Source: the human T2T-CHM13v2.0 reference genome, Homo sapiens. Taken from it: DNA of 64,000 nucleotides. The stretch lies in the NCBI RefSeq assembly GCF_009914755.1, contig NC_060930.1, one strand, 5' to 3'. Shown in pieces: positions 1 to 18,895 of this stretch. The position numbers were made by a program, and so were the translations under genes. Under the pieces are notes generated by a model. That model searched no databases, had not been told where the DNA came from, and saw nothing but the letters and a program-made list of their open reading frames with translations. Numbering within the stretch: position 1 is the stretch's first letter; each line of letters starts with the position of its first letter.

Positions 1-100
1 ATCTTTTTTTACTTTTGTTAAAGACAGGGTCTCACCATGTTGCCCAGGCTGGTCTGAAACTTGTAGACTCAAGTGATTCTCCCACCTTGGCCTCCCAGGG

Positions 101-495
101 TGTCAGTCAATGCCATGACCCATGGTGACCAGCTTGAGCTCACCCAGCAGAAAATATGGAAAAGCAGAGCAACTCATTTAAGAGAAAGCACCAAGATGAC
201 CAGCTTTCTGATGCCACCTGCAAGTAGAGGGACTCAGAGATCATGCAGCAAAAGCAGAAAAAGGCAAATGAGAAGGAGAAACCCAAGTAGCTTTGTGGCT
301 TCATGCGCAACCCTCCTGCCATTCACCAGTGTCCCTGCATCTGCAGCAGGTCCCTTTCGTGCTTCCTTCCCCTCAGGTAGCCTCTCTGCCCCGGGCCATG
401 GGAGTCACAGTTGCCCCTTCCCAGTGTTTTTTATTCCTGTGGGGCTCACCCCAAAGTATTAAAAGTAGCTTTGTAATTCCTTGGGGAAAAAAAAA
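101..495 (+). pseudogene. SERF2: SERF2 processed pseudogene
   Basis: gccATG at 115. Once a 1-nt deletion near 150 is corrected, the degenerate translation matches SERF2 (MTRGNQRELARQKNMKKQ...[21 protein letters not shown]), with the parental stop TAG at 288-290. Intronless, SERF2-type 3' UTR, ATTAAA at 458-463, A-tail at 487-495. Confidence 0.9.
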
Positions 496-873
496 GAATG
501 AAATGATGCTTAACTTTGAGTTATATTTGTATAAATGTGTTAACATGTGTTCAAAAATTGCATGAGATTCCTAAAAATCTGGTATATCTTGGCAAATTGC
601 ATTATTCTAACGCTTTTTCTCTCCATTCTGTTTGTAAATCCTAGAGTGTTGTGTCTTCAAGAAGATTGATGGAAAAAAATGGAGACTGTCACAGGTACTC
701 TTAAATACACACCTCTGCTGATAATTTTGAGATCACACAATTGGACTGCATAAGAATTTCAAAAACTTCAGTGAAAAAAGGGGACTCATAAAATTGCTAA
801 CCAATATCAAGCAGAGCAAGAATTAATTACATGAGACTAAAGTAATAAAGGACTGAAATTGTTGTTATTACTG

Positions 874-1510
<637 letters not shown>

Positions 1511-2195
1511 TGAACAAAAATCTTCTTGCCTTTCTAAACATCACCCGTATTTAATTCTATTTTTTTTCACTGGTGCCACAAAGGTTTCTACTCAGAAGTT
1601 GGATGTCCCACTCAAGCATTGCTGATTCTTATGTTTTGTTTTCCATTGTCAGTAAACTTTTTTTATCTTAAGCTGTTTGTAGCTTACAGCAATTAGGTAA
1701 AGTATACTTTTGTGAGCAAAATTAAAACATTTACCTTTTTCTGTATCTGATTTCATCAGAATTCAAAAACTATTCATACAAGTTGGCAATGTAGTTATTT
1801 ACATAAGTTTAATAAGAATGTGTTTTCTTCTGTGACAGGACACAATCAGAGACACTGGTTATTTTACCAAGGCTTTGACTGGAATGTCGTATTTTCAGAT
1901 GTGACCAGATTGCTTTGAGGAATCAAGGTTGATGTTAAAGCCAGTAGATCTGGGAAAAGATTGGCCTAGTACCTTGTCTACACTGTTCCCTTGCAGGGTT
2001 CCTGATTTTATAGTAAGTAAAGAGTGTTACTTTCTGACAGGCCCAAGAAACTCAAGATATTTGGGGAACCTCAAGAAGAGAGAAATTCACTGAATTCATG
2101 TAGGTATTACAGGCCCATTCTAGTGGCCAATCTTTAGCTTGGCTTCCCAGCCTTTAAAAGTCTAATCTGAGATTCTTTATTAAAAACTTCCAGCA

Positions 2196-2894
2196 GGCTG
2201 GGCAAGGTGGCTGATACAGTTTGGATTTGTGTCCTTCCCTGAATCTCATGTCAAATTGTAGTCCCCAATATTGGAGGTGGGGACTGGTGGGAGGTGATTG
2301 GATCATGAGTGCAGATTTCCCCATTGGTGCTGTTCTCGTGATAGTGAGTGAGTTCTCATGACATCTGGTTGTTTAAAAGTGTGTGGCACCTCCCCCATCT
2401 CTCTCTTCCTCCTGCGTCACCCATGTATAGTACTGGCTCCTCCTTCACCTTCTGTCATGATTGTAAGCTTCCTGAGGCCTCCCCAGAAACAGATGTGCCA
2501 TGCTTCCTTACAGCCAGTAGAATTGTGAGCCAATTAAACCTCTTTTCTTATAAGTTACTCACTCTTGAATATTTCTTTATAGCAATGTGACAATGAACTA
2601 ATACAGTGGCTCATGCCTGTAATCCCAGCACTTTGGGAGGCCAAGTCAGGAGGAATTGCTTGAGCACAGGAGTTTGAGACCATCCTGGGCAACAGAGGGG
2701 AGACTCGGTCTCTACAAATTTTTTTTTTTAATTAGCCATGTGTGGTGGTGCACACCTGTAGTTTCAGCTACTTGTGAGGCTGAGTTGGGAGGATTGCTTG
2801 AGCCCAGGACGTTGAGACTGCCATGAGCTATTATCATGCCACTGCACTCCAGCCTGGGCAACAAAGTGAGACATTGTCTCAAAAAAAAAAAAAA
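2196..2894 (+). mobile_element. AluJ split by an MST LTR
   Basis: TSD AAAAAC/TTTCCAGCA on both sides. Confidence 0.88.
2212..2605 (+). mobile_element. MST-type (MSTA-like) MaLR solo LTR inserted in an AluJ
   Basis: TGATAC...AATACA termini; 5-bp TSD GTGGC at 2207-2211 and 2606-2610. Confidence 0.85.
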
Positions 2895-3001
2895 TTTCCA
2901 GCAAAATGTAAACCAAATATTTAATTCTAAGCCCCTCAACTAACTGAATGAACCTCCTCTTGGCCAAGGGCATTCCAAAGTTAACCTGAAAAACTAGTTC
3001 A

Positions 3002-3316
3002 GGCCAGGCACAGTGGCTCACACCTGTAATCCCAGCACTTTGGGAGGACGTGGTGGGCAGATCACTTGAGGCCAGGAATTCAAGACCAGCCTAGCCAAAA
3101 TGGTGAAACCCTGTCTCTACTAAAAAATACAAAAATTAGCCCGGCTTGGTGGTGCGTACCTGTAATACCAGCTACTCAGGAGGCTAAACCATGAGAATCA
3201 CTTGAACCCAGGAGACAGAGGTGGCAGTGAGCTGAGATCATACCACTGTACTCCTGTCTGGGTGACAGAGCAAGACACTGTCTCAAAAAAAAAAAAAAAA
3301 GAAAGAAAAAGAAAAA
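3002..3316 (+). mobile_element. AluS
   Basis: TSD GAAAAACTAGTTCA. Confidence 0.92.
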
Positions 3317-3451
3317 GAAAAACTAGTTCAGGCCATAAATAGGAAGGGGGGATTTGGACATGCCTTATTATACTCTCCTCCCTGTAGAATTCAGGCATAG
3401 CTGATCAGCATTAACATTAAAACAGAAACCTTAAAGACTGACAGAACAGAT

Positions 3452-3757
3452 ATTCTTTTTTTTCTGAATCAGAGTCTTGCTCTGTTGCCCAGGCTGGAGT
3501 GCAGTGGTGTGATTTCAGCTCACTGCAACCTCTGCCTCCTGGGTTCAAGTGATTCTCATGGTTTAGCCTCCTGAGTAGCTGGTATTACAGGTACGCACCA
3601 CCAAGCCGGGCTAATTTTTGTATTTTTTTTTTTTTTTAGCAGAGACAGGGTTTTGCCGTGTTGGCCAGGCTGGTCTCAAACTCCTGACCTCAGGTATCTG
3701 CCTATCTTGGCCTCCCAAAGTAACACAGATTACAGGTGTGAGCCACCACATTCAGCC
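3452..3757 (-). mobile_element. AluS
   Basis: Alu match. Confidence 0.9.
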
Positions 3758-4013
3758 AAAACACTCTTTATAACAATAAGATACCATCATGAGATGGTAG
3801 GCTCTGAAAGAAATTGAAGTATTTTACCCTAAAATATATTTCTTTGACATATTTTGAAATGGCCCTGCAAAGCTGTCTTGTGAGGAAAATCTAAATTCTA
3901 TAGAGAATCCCCTTCCCTTTCCATGTCTTTTTCCTTAGCCAGTAGAGAATTCACTGAAGAGTCTGGCATCTTTTTATGTCTAATAAAAAACCTTTGCAAT
4001 CTATTAAACTTAG

Positions 4014-4360
<347 letters not shown>

Positions 4361-4491
4361 TGATAAACTCTTTTTGAATCCACCTATGACCTGGAAGTCC
4401 CTGCTTTGAGTTGTCCCATATTTCTGGACCGAACCAATGTACATCTTAGATGTACTGATTGGTGTTTTATGTCCCTAAAATGTATAAAACC

Positions 4492-4826
<335 letters not shown>

Positions 4827-5124
4827 TCAGGATCTCCTGGGGCTATGTCATGAGCCATAGTCACTAATATTTGGCTCAGAATAAATCTCTTCAAATATTT
4901 TACAGAGTTTAACTCTTTTCATCAACAAAAGCCAACTTTAAAGAGCCTATATAGCCAATCACTCTTCTTACTGCATTTTGTGCAAATAATCAGGCCAAGT
5001 ATAATAGGAGTAAAAGTTATTTTGCAAGTAAATTGGTCTTACTATAATTTATCTTTGGTAGAAAGAAAGACTGGAGAGAAAAAAAGTTATGTTTCAGAAG
5101 AAAATTATAGTACACCTGCTATTA

Positions 5125-5445
<321 letters not shown>

Positions 5446-5966
5446 AGAGAGATTCTAGCCCTACCATTGTTTTTGAGATTTTATTATTTGTCTACAATTT
5501 GGACAAAATTCTGAATTCTTTCCTGGCTACAAGTCTCCAAACTAACATTTCCAAATTTTTCCTTCATTTTTCTGACTTAAATTCACTAAAATTGTAACTA
5601 CCTTTTCCCTGATGCCCTGCAAGCTGAAGCTTGTGTAAACAACCTCGTGACATGCAAACAACAGAAAAATCTGTCCGATTGCCACTGCCTACTTCCACTT
5701 TAACCAAAGATGCTTTGACTGTAATATCTAGACACCTCAACTGACTGCCCTCCAGACTCTAAAAAAACTGGTATATAGACTATTCCCAACATTAACCTTT
5801 TTTTTTCCAGGCATTTTCAATAAACCAAACATTATCCTTTGTTTTTCTTCTGTTTGAGAGCCTGTCTGCAATGCCATCTCCTAAAATTGTTACTGGAAAG
5901 GGGTCCCAATTCAGGCATCAATAGAGGGTTCTTGGACCTCATGCAAGAAAGAATTCAGGGTGAGTC

Positions 5967-7056
5967 TGTCACTGTAGGCAGCTAGGCAAACATGAGCAGA
6001 GCAGGAGAGGGCCCCCCCCAACCAGGAATGTCAGGCAACCATCAGGTGATGGCCAAGCAGTTGTTAACGCTCTCTCTCTAAAATAATAATTGCTCACAGC
6101 CGGTGCCAGAAAAAGGCAGTCTCCCAACAGATTAAAAAAACCTGAAGCTGGTATCAGCAGATCCCCAGTAAGATCTCAGGAGTTGATCAAGTGGGCTCAA
6201 GCATGCGCACTAAAAGGCAAAATGGCAGCGTTTTAACCGGTATATGACCTAGGAGCATTTGGTAAGGGAAGAATGCCTCAAGTGAGCATGCATACAACTC
6301 CAGTAAACACACTGAGCATGCGGCCTCTCCCAAGTGCTAGCAGGCCGCTATGCATGCAGACAGCCCACCCCGAGGGAAGAACCAGGGAAGACGGCAAGAA
6401 TCCCGAAGCATGCCAACTTATAAAACCCCAAGTCAAAATGTCAAACCGGGCACTTGATTTCTCAAGTCACTCTCTTGGCCCCCTTCCAAGTGTACTTCAC
6501 TTCCTTTCATTCCTGCTCTAAAGTTTTATTTATTTATGTTTTCTTTTTTGAGACGGAGTCTCACTCTGTCACCCAGGCTGCAGTGCAGTGGCGTGATCTC
6601 AGCTCACCGCAATCTCCACCTCCCGGGTTTAAGCAATGTTCCTGCCTCAGCCTCCTGAACAGCCGGGACTACAGGTGCACAACTGGCTAATTTTTGTATT
6701 TTTAGTAGAGACAGAGTTTCATCTATCTATTGGCTTCAGGTTTTTTCTATCTATTGAGAGACTGCCTTTCCCTGGCACTGGCTGTGACCAGTGTCGGCCA
6801 GGCTGGTCTTGAACTCCTGACCTCAAGTGATCGGCCCACCTCGGCCTCCCAAAGTGCTGCAATTACAGGCACTTTCGGAGGCATGAGCCACTGCACCCAG
6901 CCTTCTGCTCTAAAGCTTTTTAATAAACTTTCACTCCTGTTCTAAAACTTGCCTCAGTCCCTCCTTCTGCATTTATGCCCCTCAGTCAAATTCTTTCCTC
7001 TGAGGAGGCAAGAATTGAGGTTGCTACAGACACATAAGGATTCGCCACCGGTAACA
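5967..7056 (+). mobile_element. LTR9-like solo LTR nested in MER41
   Basis: TG...GGATTCGCCACCGGTAACA termini; TATAAAA at ~6419; AATAAA at ~6922; TSD AGTC at 5963-5966 and 7057-7060. Confidence 0.75.
6524..6902 (-). mobile_element. AluS inside LTR9 with templated insertions
   Basis: TSD CTGCTCTAAAG. Confidence 0.9.
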
Positions 7057-7784
7057 AGTCCATAGAGGAAAGTGAAAGCAAGTTTATTAGAGAAGTAAAT
7101 TTAAAAAGAATGGGCTGCTCCAAAGGCAGAGCAGCCCCGAGGGCTGCTGGTTGGCTATTTTTATGGTTATTTCTTGATTATATGCTAAACAAAGGGTTGA
7201 TTATTCATGAGTTTTCTGAAAAAGGAGCAGGCAATTCCCAGAACTGAGGGTTCCCCCCCTTTTTAGACATATAGGGTAACTTCTGGATGTTGCCATGGCA
7301 TTTATTAACAGTTGAGGTGCTGGTGGGAGTGTCTTTTAGCATGCTAATGCATCCTAGTTAGCATATAACAAGCAGTGAGGATGACCAGGGGTCACCTTCC
7401 TCACCATCTTGTATTTGGTGGGTTTTGGCCAGCTTCTTTACCACATCCTGTTTTATCAGCAGGGTCTTCATGACCTGTATCTCATGATACCAGTTCTTCT
7501 GACCTATTTCATCCTGAGGTTAAGAATACCTAACCTCCTGGGAATGTGGCCCAGAAGGTATCAGCCTTATTTTACCCAGCACCTACTCAAGATGGAGTCA
7601 CTCTGGTTCAAATACCTCTGCAAAATGAGACACACCTGTTTAATTGGACTGGCCTATTCCCAGAAATGAGAGACTGGTTTAATAGGATCCTTTGCCACTC
7701 CGCTATTCACTCAATTTTTCTCTCCACAGCCACCAACTCAGCTTTTGGTGTGTGAAACGACTAGGGATGTTTCAGAGAGGGAAA

Positions 7785-9000
7785 TGTGGGGTTGCAAGAA
7801 ATGATTCCCCAAAATGTGACGTTTTGGCATTTTGAGCGCTTTTGAAAATTGAAAGGCCTGAAAAAGAAGCCTTAGAATCAAGGTCTCACTAACCTTGTTT
7901 TTTTCCTCCCCCTCCCAAGAGCAGCTAGAGACTCTCTGGAATTTCCTCATTGACCAAGAAACTTTCTTTCCAAAAGAAACTCAATCGCCTTTTATTTTTC
8001 CCCTGAAATATCATTATCTTGATCAGAAAAGAAAGTGAGGAATGCAACCACACCAACATGGACTTTGTCACAAGATAATGCCTGCCTGCCTCTCAGGCTC
8101 ATTCAGATTCCAAAGAGAATCATCTATAAGTTAATTTCTATCTCCCTCATCCATTTATTCTAATGATCACTGCCTGCACCTCAAAAGAATTGTCTACATC
8201 CGCCACCTTTTTCCTCACCTATGAAAAATGTGATACAAGCTTCTGTACCCTGTTGGGATATGGGGTAATGACGATACAGGAGTTAAGAAGAAATCACTTA
8301 GGCAGATAGTAAGGATATGGGAGTCTTCAGTAAAGCTTTTCTTTTCAATGAAAAGCAGCCCCAAATCATTTTCTAACAAAGAGCAGCCTGTAAGGTTGAG
8401 CTGGGAGCTTGCACAGGTGAATACTGGCAGGAACTAGGAACCAGACATGTTCAAGATGGCAACTCCATCTTCCCTTCTCTTTCTCGGCCACATGTACTGT
8501 AAGGAGCAGATAAGATGGTGCCGGTCAACTGGAAAGCCCATTTGCGTAATAAGATTAGGATGGGGCAACCAGCCTTCCCTATGCAATATGTAAACGTCAT
8601 ACCTGATGGAACCAATCTGTGAGTCCTATGTAAATCAGACACCACTTCCTCAAACTGGACTATAAAATCTGGCACATTCACCATCAGCTGGTCCTTTGCA
8701 CTAGGAGACCCCTTTCTCTATAGAGAGAGCTGTATCTCTTTCTCTTCTCTTCTGCCTTTTAAACGTCTGCTCCTAAACTCCTCGGGTGTGTCCGTGTCCT
8801 AAATTTTCCTGGCTCGCAACATCGAAACCCAGGGTATATACCCCAGACAATGTAGCAGCTTCAGTGACACTCTGGTTCCCACACACATGCACACACACAC
8901 ATTAATAAATCTGCCTTTTCTCCTATTAATCTGCCTTTTGTCTGTTGATTTTCAGCAAACTTTCAAAGAGCAAAGGGGAAGTTTCCCTTTTGCCCATACA
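7785..9000 (+). mobile_element. MER39-like ERV1 LTR
   Basis: Starts TGTGGGGTT after the PPT and ends GGGGAAGTTTCCCTTTTGCCCATACA; followed by PBS-like TTTGGTACTGTGAGCAGG. Confidence 0.6.
8272..8863 (+). mobile_element. MER61-like solo LTR nested in the MER39-like LTR
   Basis: (T)GATACAGGAGTTAAGAAGAAATCACTTAGGCAGATAG...CCCCAGACAATGTAGCAGCTTCA; near-TSD ATGA/GTGA. Confidence 0.6.
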
Positions 9001-9452
9001 GTTTTGGTACTGTGAGCAGGATACTTCTCTGCTCTTTTGGAAACTGCAGTCAAGGGAACCCAAGACCTAACAAGTCTGAAAAAAAGAGATTCTATCATAA
9101 TAAGAAGGCTCCTCTGCTCTAACCCTTAACAAAAAGTAACCCTCCAGCTTGGGCAACACGGCAAAACCCCATCTCTACAAAATACACAAACATTACCCAG
9201 GCATGATGGTATGCACGTATAGTCCCAGCTACTGCAGGGGCTGAGGTGGGAGGATTGCTTGAGCCCAGGAGGTGGAGGTTGCAGTTAGCTGAGATCATGC
9301 CACTGCACTCCAGCCTGGGCAACATAGAAAGACCCTGTCTTAAAGAGAGATTTGAGCCCAAAGTCCATTTACAATGGTGAGAGCATAATGTCAATGCCTA
9401 AAGTTTTTGTCAATCTCTCAAAAATTAAGAAATTAGCCTAAAGGGGGAGAAT

Positions 9453-9879
9453 TGTTAAATTTTTAAATTGTTAAAAGTTTTGCCTAAAGCTGCCTTCTTA
9501 TGTATTTTGAGTATAGCCTAAAGGTTGCTCCATAGAGAGTGAACTGTAACCTAACTGGATATGTAAACAGATTGTAACCTACTCTTTTAACAAGTAGCCT
9601 AGTCTCAGCCAATCACAGGCAACTAACTGTTGTTCAAAGTGTGTTCAAATTAAGTCACATGTCAAGCTGTAACCAATCCAGCTATTTCCGTACCTCACTT
9701 CTGTTTTCTATATGTCACTTTCCTTTTTCTGTCCATAAATGTTATTTGACCATGTGGCTGCCCCAGTGTTGTTGTTACTCTGAACCTATTCTGGTTCTGG
9801 CGGCTGCCAGATTCATGAAACATTGTCTGTGTAATTAAACTCTGTTAAGTTTAATTTGTCTAAAGTTTTTCTTTTAACA
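9453..9879 (+). mobile_element. MER57-family LTR
   Basis: TGTTAAAT..GCCTAAAGCTGCC..CCAATC boxes..TCTAAAGTTTTTCTTTTAACA; preceded by the PPT AAGGGGGAGAA. Confidence 0.75.
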
Positions 9880-10231
9880 ACTTGTACCATCTATATTTCT
9901 CATTGCTGCCAGACTATCCAGGATGTTAAGATCATGATATTACAACATTTAGACATAGTTAATCAGATGTGTGTCTCTCCCAATATACAGCTAACCACCA
10001 TAGACTGATGCAGCCCTCCTTATTTATGACAGCTCCTTTGTTACTCAAATTTGGCCAATCTCTGAAGTCTTGGATGCACACTGACTTTCAACAACCCCCC
10101 TCCATGGGACATAACACTTTAGAAACAGATGCTTCCAGCTCTGAGGGAAACAGATAATAACTCTGTGGCTGACCACCAATCATTGATCAGTGATGCTTCC
10201 TCATCCCCTATCTGGATCAATAGGGCAGAAA

Positions 10232-11418
10232 TGTGAAATGTGATATACAAAATGGCATCACTCTGGTTCAGAGCTATAAAATGGCATCAGGAAGCCATTT
10301 TAAGAAGGACTTCCTGCATAACCTGCAACCCAGCAAAAAAAAAAAAAAAAAAAGGCAGAAACTTGCTTCGAACCTTTGAATTGGCCCAAATTGTAATGAT
10401 CATGAATGTAAATATCCTGGAAAACAGCTTAACTTCACCAGCGCAGCAACTCCTGAACAGCAACAACCAATGAACTATAGACACACATACTAAGCCAGCC
10501 ACCTCCACCAGTGAGAATTCTTTCAAAATAACTTGGGTAATCATCCTCAGCTTCCTTTAAAAAACCGTACTCCCTTCCCTCTCTTCAGAACAGTTTGGCT
10601 TGGAGCTGAATCTGTGTCTCCCGAATTGCAATTCTGAAGACCCCAACAAATGCCTGGCTTTACTGCTTTGCAGTCTGGTCTTTCACCTCTTCTTGATTGA
10701 CAAGACCAAACCAAAATGGAGTCACTCATGCTGAAGTTCCACTCTACCAAGCTAGAACTAAGCTGTTTATTGGACCTTCTGAGAAATCAGGAGAATGATC
10801 ATAGCCAAATCCTCAAACAAGCTAATTTTGACGGGTTTTGCTGTGGTTATTGCTGTTGTTGTTGTTTTCAGACAGGATCTGCTCTGTCACCCCGGCTGGG
10901 GTGCAGTAGTACAATCTCAGCTCACTGCATCCTCAACTTCCTGGGTTCAAGTGATCCTCCTGCTTCAGCCTCCTGAGTAGCTGGGACTACAGGTACACAC
11001 CCCCATGCCTGGCTGATTCTTTTAATTTTTTTAGACATGGGGTCTCACTATGTTGCCCAGCCCGGGTGCCAACTCCTGGACTCAAGTGATCCTCCCATCT
11101 CAGCCTTCCAAAGTGCTGTGATTACAAGTGTGAGTTGTCCCTCCTAACAAGCCAGTTTTAAATTGCATGATAAGGAAGTCCCCTCTGCTTTAACTTTTAC
11201 AAGAAAAGTAACTTGGAAACAACCAATATGCTTTTCATTTTCTGTTTCTGCTTTCCTCAGTTCTTTTCTGTCTATAAAACCAAACTCCTCTGCTCAGCTC
11301 ATTGGAACATTCATTCTATTTTATGGAATGAGGTGTTGCCTGATTCTAGATATAATCACAAATCAAAGCCATTTAAGATCTTTAAACTAAATTCGTTGTA
11401 ATTTTGTCTTTTGGCAAC
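10232..11418 (+). mobile_element. Two adjacent old ERV1-type LTRs (subfamily unresolved), the second interrupted by an AluJ
   Basis: AAAATGG (YY1-like) starts, TATA and poly(A)-like signals, and LTR-like ends (TTGACA at ~10700, GGCAACA at ~11418). Confidence 0.45.
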
Positions 11419-11607
11419 ATGAATATTAAATTTTAATATATTTCATAGTGTTAATTATGTAATGAGATATTAAGAGCAGAAAAAAAATATACACATAAAC
11501 TCTGTCCTGGCTATGACCTCAAAGCTCTATTTCAGTGGCATCTTGACTTTCTTACTTTAAGACCTGGCCTGAATTCTAAATTCATAACACCGTCTAAAGG
11601 CTATACA

Positions 11608-11925
<318 letters not shown>

Positions 11926-12207
11926 CTAGCACCCGTCTCCTCTTCATTCTCTGCACATTTCTCTGCACATGAATGAGACCTTTGGATCCCTGAAATCCCC
12001 AGACTGAGGCTTGTCTGAGGCCTCAAGGCCTCCACTTATGCTGTTTCCTTGCCTGGAATGCTGCCCTCCGTAGGCCTCCCCTTCTTTTCCATATGTCATA
12101 CTCATCATTTAGGTTTCAACTGAGATATCACTTCCTCAGTGAAGTAATCCCTCACCTCCCAAACTAGGTCAGGTTCTATCCCAGAGGAGCTATAGGAAAG
12201 CACCTTA

Positions 12208-12660
<453 letters not shown>

Positions 12661-12709
12661 ATCCCCATTATTTCTTCTTTTGAAAAGTGTCCAGAAAAAA
12701 AAAGAAAAG

Positions 12710-13335
<626 letters not shown>

Positions 13336-13676
13336 GAGAGAAAGGTGTCTGTTTGTGTCGTTTTGTCCTTTGTCCACTTTTTTAATGAGGTTGTTTGTTT
13401 TTTGCTTGTAAATTTAAGTTCCTTATAGATTCTGGATATTAGACCTTTGTGAGATTCCCAGTTTGTGAATATTTTCTCTCATTCCATAGGTGGTCTGTTT
13501 ACTCTATTGATAGTTTCTTTTGTTGTGCAGAAGCTTTTTTGTTTAATTAGGGCCCATTGTCAATTTTTGGTTTTGTTGCAATTGCTTTTGGTGTCTTCAT
13601 CATGAAATCTTTGCCAGGCCGTATGTCCAGAATGGTATTTCCTGGGTTATCTTCCAGGGTTTTTATAGTTTTAGTA

Positions 13677-14019
<343 letters not shown>

Positions 14020-14380
14020 TAGTTTTAGATTTTACATTTAAGTCTTTAATCCATTTTGAACTGATTTTTGTATATGGAATGAAGGGGTCTAATTTCAGTC
14101 TTCTGCATACGGCTAGCCAGTTAGCCTAGCACTATTTATTGACTAAGGAGTCTTTTCCCCATTGCTTGCTTTTGTTAGCTTTGCTGAACATCAGACATTT
14201 GTTGTGTGACATTATTTCTGGGCTCTCTATTCTGTTCCATTGGTCTGTGTGTCTGTTTTTCTACCAGTATCATGCCATTTTGATTACTATAGCCTCGTAA
14301 TATAGTTTGAAGTCAGGTAACATGATGCCTCCAGCTTTATTGTTTTTTGCTTAGAATTGCCTTGGCTATTTAGACTCTTT

Positions 14381-16657
<2,277 letters not shown>

Positions 16658-16840
16658 AAAATTCCCATTAAAAGCCTGTTTTGGTTTAGAAATCATGCTT
16701 GCTTGCCTTTTATATTACATAATAGTAAGAGGAATATTGCCCTTCAGTATCCCAAACAAGGCAAGAGAGTTGTCACTGGACATTTCCATGGATCTACAAC
16801 TTCTGCTGCAGGAAGCAATAAAACAGGCCAGAACAACAGT

Positions 16841-16841
<1 letters not shown>

Positions 16842-16882
<41 letters not shown>
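16842..16882. repeat. (CA)20 microsatellite
   Basis: Pure CA run. Confidence 0.97.
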
Positions 16883-16883
<1 letters not shown>

Positions 16884-17412
16884 AGAATAGGAGTCAGGTA
16901 GTTTGTGCAGTAGCTCATCAGCCAACTGGGGGCAAGACTCCTTTGCTGCCTGCCTCTGATATCCACAATCAGCCCCCAGTGTGTCAGCACCTGCAGGACC
17001 GTCTCAGCCAGAGCAGAGACCCACAAGCAGTGCCATTTATAACTAAATACTGATAAACTAGATTAACAGGGAGCCAAGAGCAGGTAAAAACTTTGGCTTA
17101 GTCTCTGTCTTTGCGTGCCCTGAGTTGTCTGTCTTCATTGTAAGCACAAGATTTAGAGTAAGATCTGATTCTGACCAAGAGAAAGGAAGCAGCTTCAAGG
17201 TTAGAGCCTAGAACAGCCCTCAACTACACATGTCCGTAACTCCCTGCACTCCTGTTTGTAGAACTCATAGTCATTTCTTTAATGTTTATTCTCCCGATTA
17301 GAATATAAGCTCCATAAAGGCAGAAATAAAACTGTCTTGTTCCCTGTAGTATTTTCATCAGGTCATGCATAGTATGACCTCAATAAATGTTTGTTTGAAA
17401 AAAAAAAATCTT

Positions 17413-17758
<346 letters not shown>

Positions 17759-17916
17759 CTACCATTTGCAAGTTTCATGAGGACCATCCTAAAAGCCATC
17801 TTCTTGTGTCTTATCCTGTGTATTCTTCACTATATCCATTCATTTATTCTTTCATTTAATCAATTATTTAACTAACATTTATACAATTACATTGAGGTAG
17901 CAAATATTACTATTAA

Positions 17917-18216
<300 letters not shown>

Positions 18217-18565
18217 AAAAAATCTTCTACCCTTAAGAAGCTCATGATCTGTAAGAGGCCCACAGGTTACTAAATCACAATATGATATAGAAGTGCCACA
18301 ATAGAGTATAAAAGGGATACTATAGACATAGTAGTTAAAATAGCAATGAAGTGCTTTTTTCCCCTACTAAAATTAACAAACATAAAAATAACATAGTAGT
18401 AGTCAATCCCACCGTGTTCCATCCTAACAGACTCCCAGTTTGCGTGCCTCATCCATGCAATCAGGTGACTCAAGAGAGGCTGACTTCATTCTCAATTCCA
18501 AAAGCTGATTCCACACAAACCAAAGGTCATAATCCCATCCAGTGGGATTGCCAGTGATTGGTTCA

Positions 18566-18739
<174 letters not shown>

Positions 18740-18895
18740 TCACTCCAGCCTGGGTGACAGAATGAGACCCTGTCTCAAAATAAGATAAAATAAAATAAAA
18801 ATAAGCCAAGGGTCAAGCTTAAAGTGAATTACATTGCCCCAAGGACCATTCTATGTCCAGGAAGAAGCACATGACCTAAAAATGGCCCAATCAGA

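Larger units (their letters stand above)
5888..7622 (-). mobile_element. MER41B-like LTR (interrupted by LTR9 and an Alu)
   Basis: Matches antisense MER41 from TGTTACTGGAAAGGGGTCCC to CAAGATGGAGTCACTCTGGTTCAAATACCTCTG; 4-bp TSD AAAT at 5884-5887 and 7623-7626. Confidence 0.85.

Noticed and set aside
8443-8452. p53 response element in the MER61-like LTR
   Set aside because: Only one clean half-site (AGACATGTTC); no adjacent second half-site.
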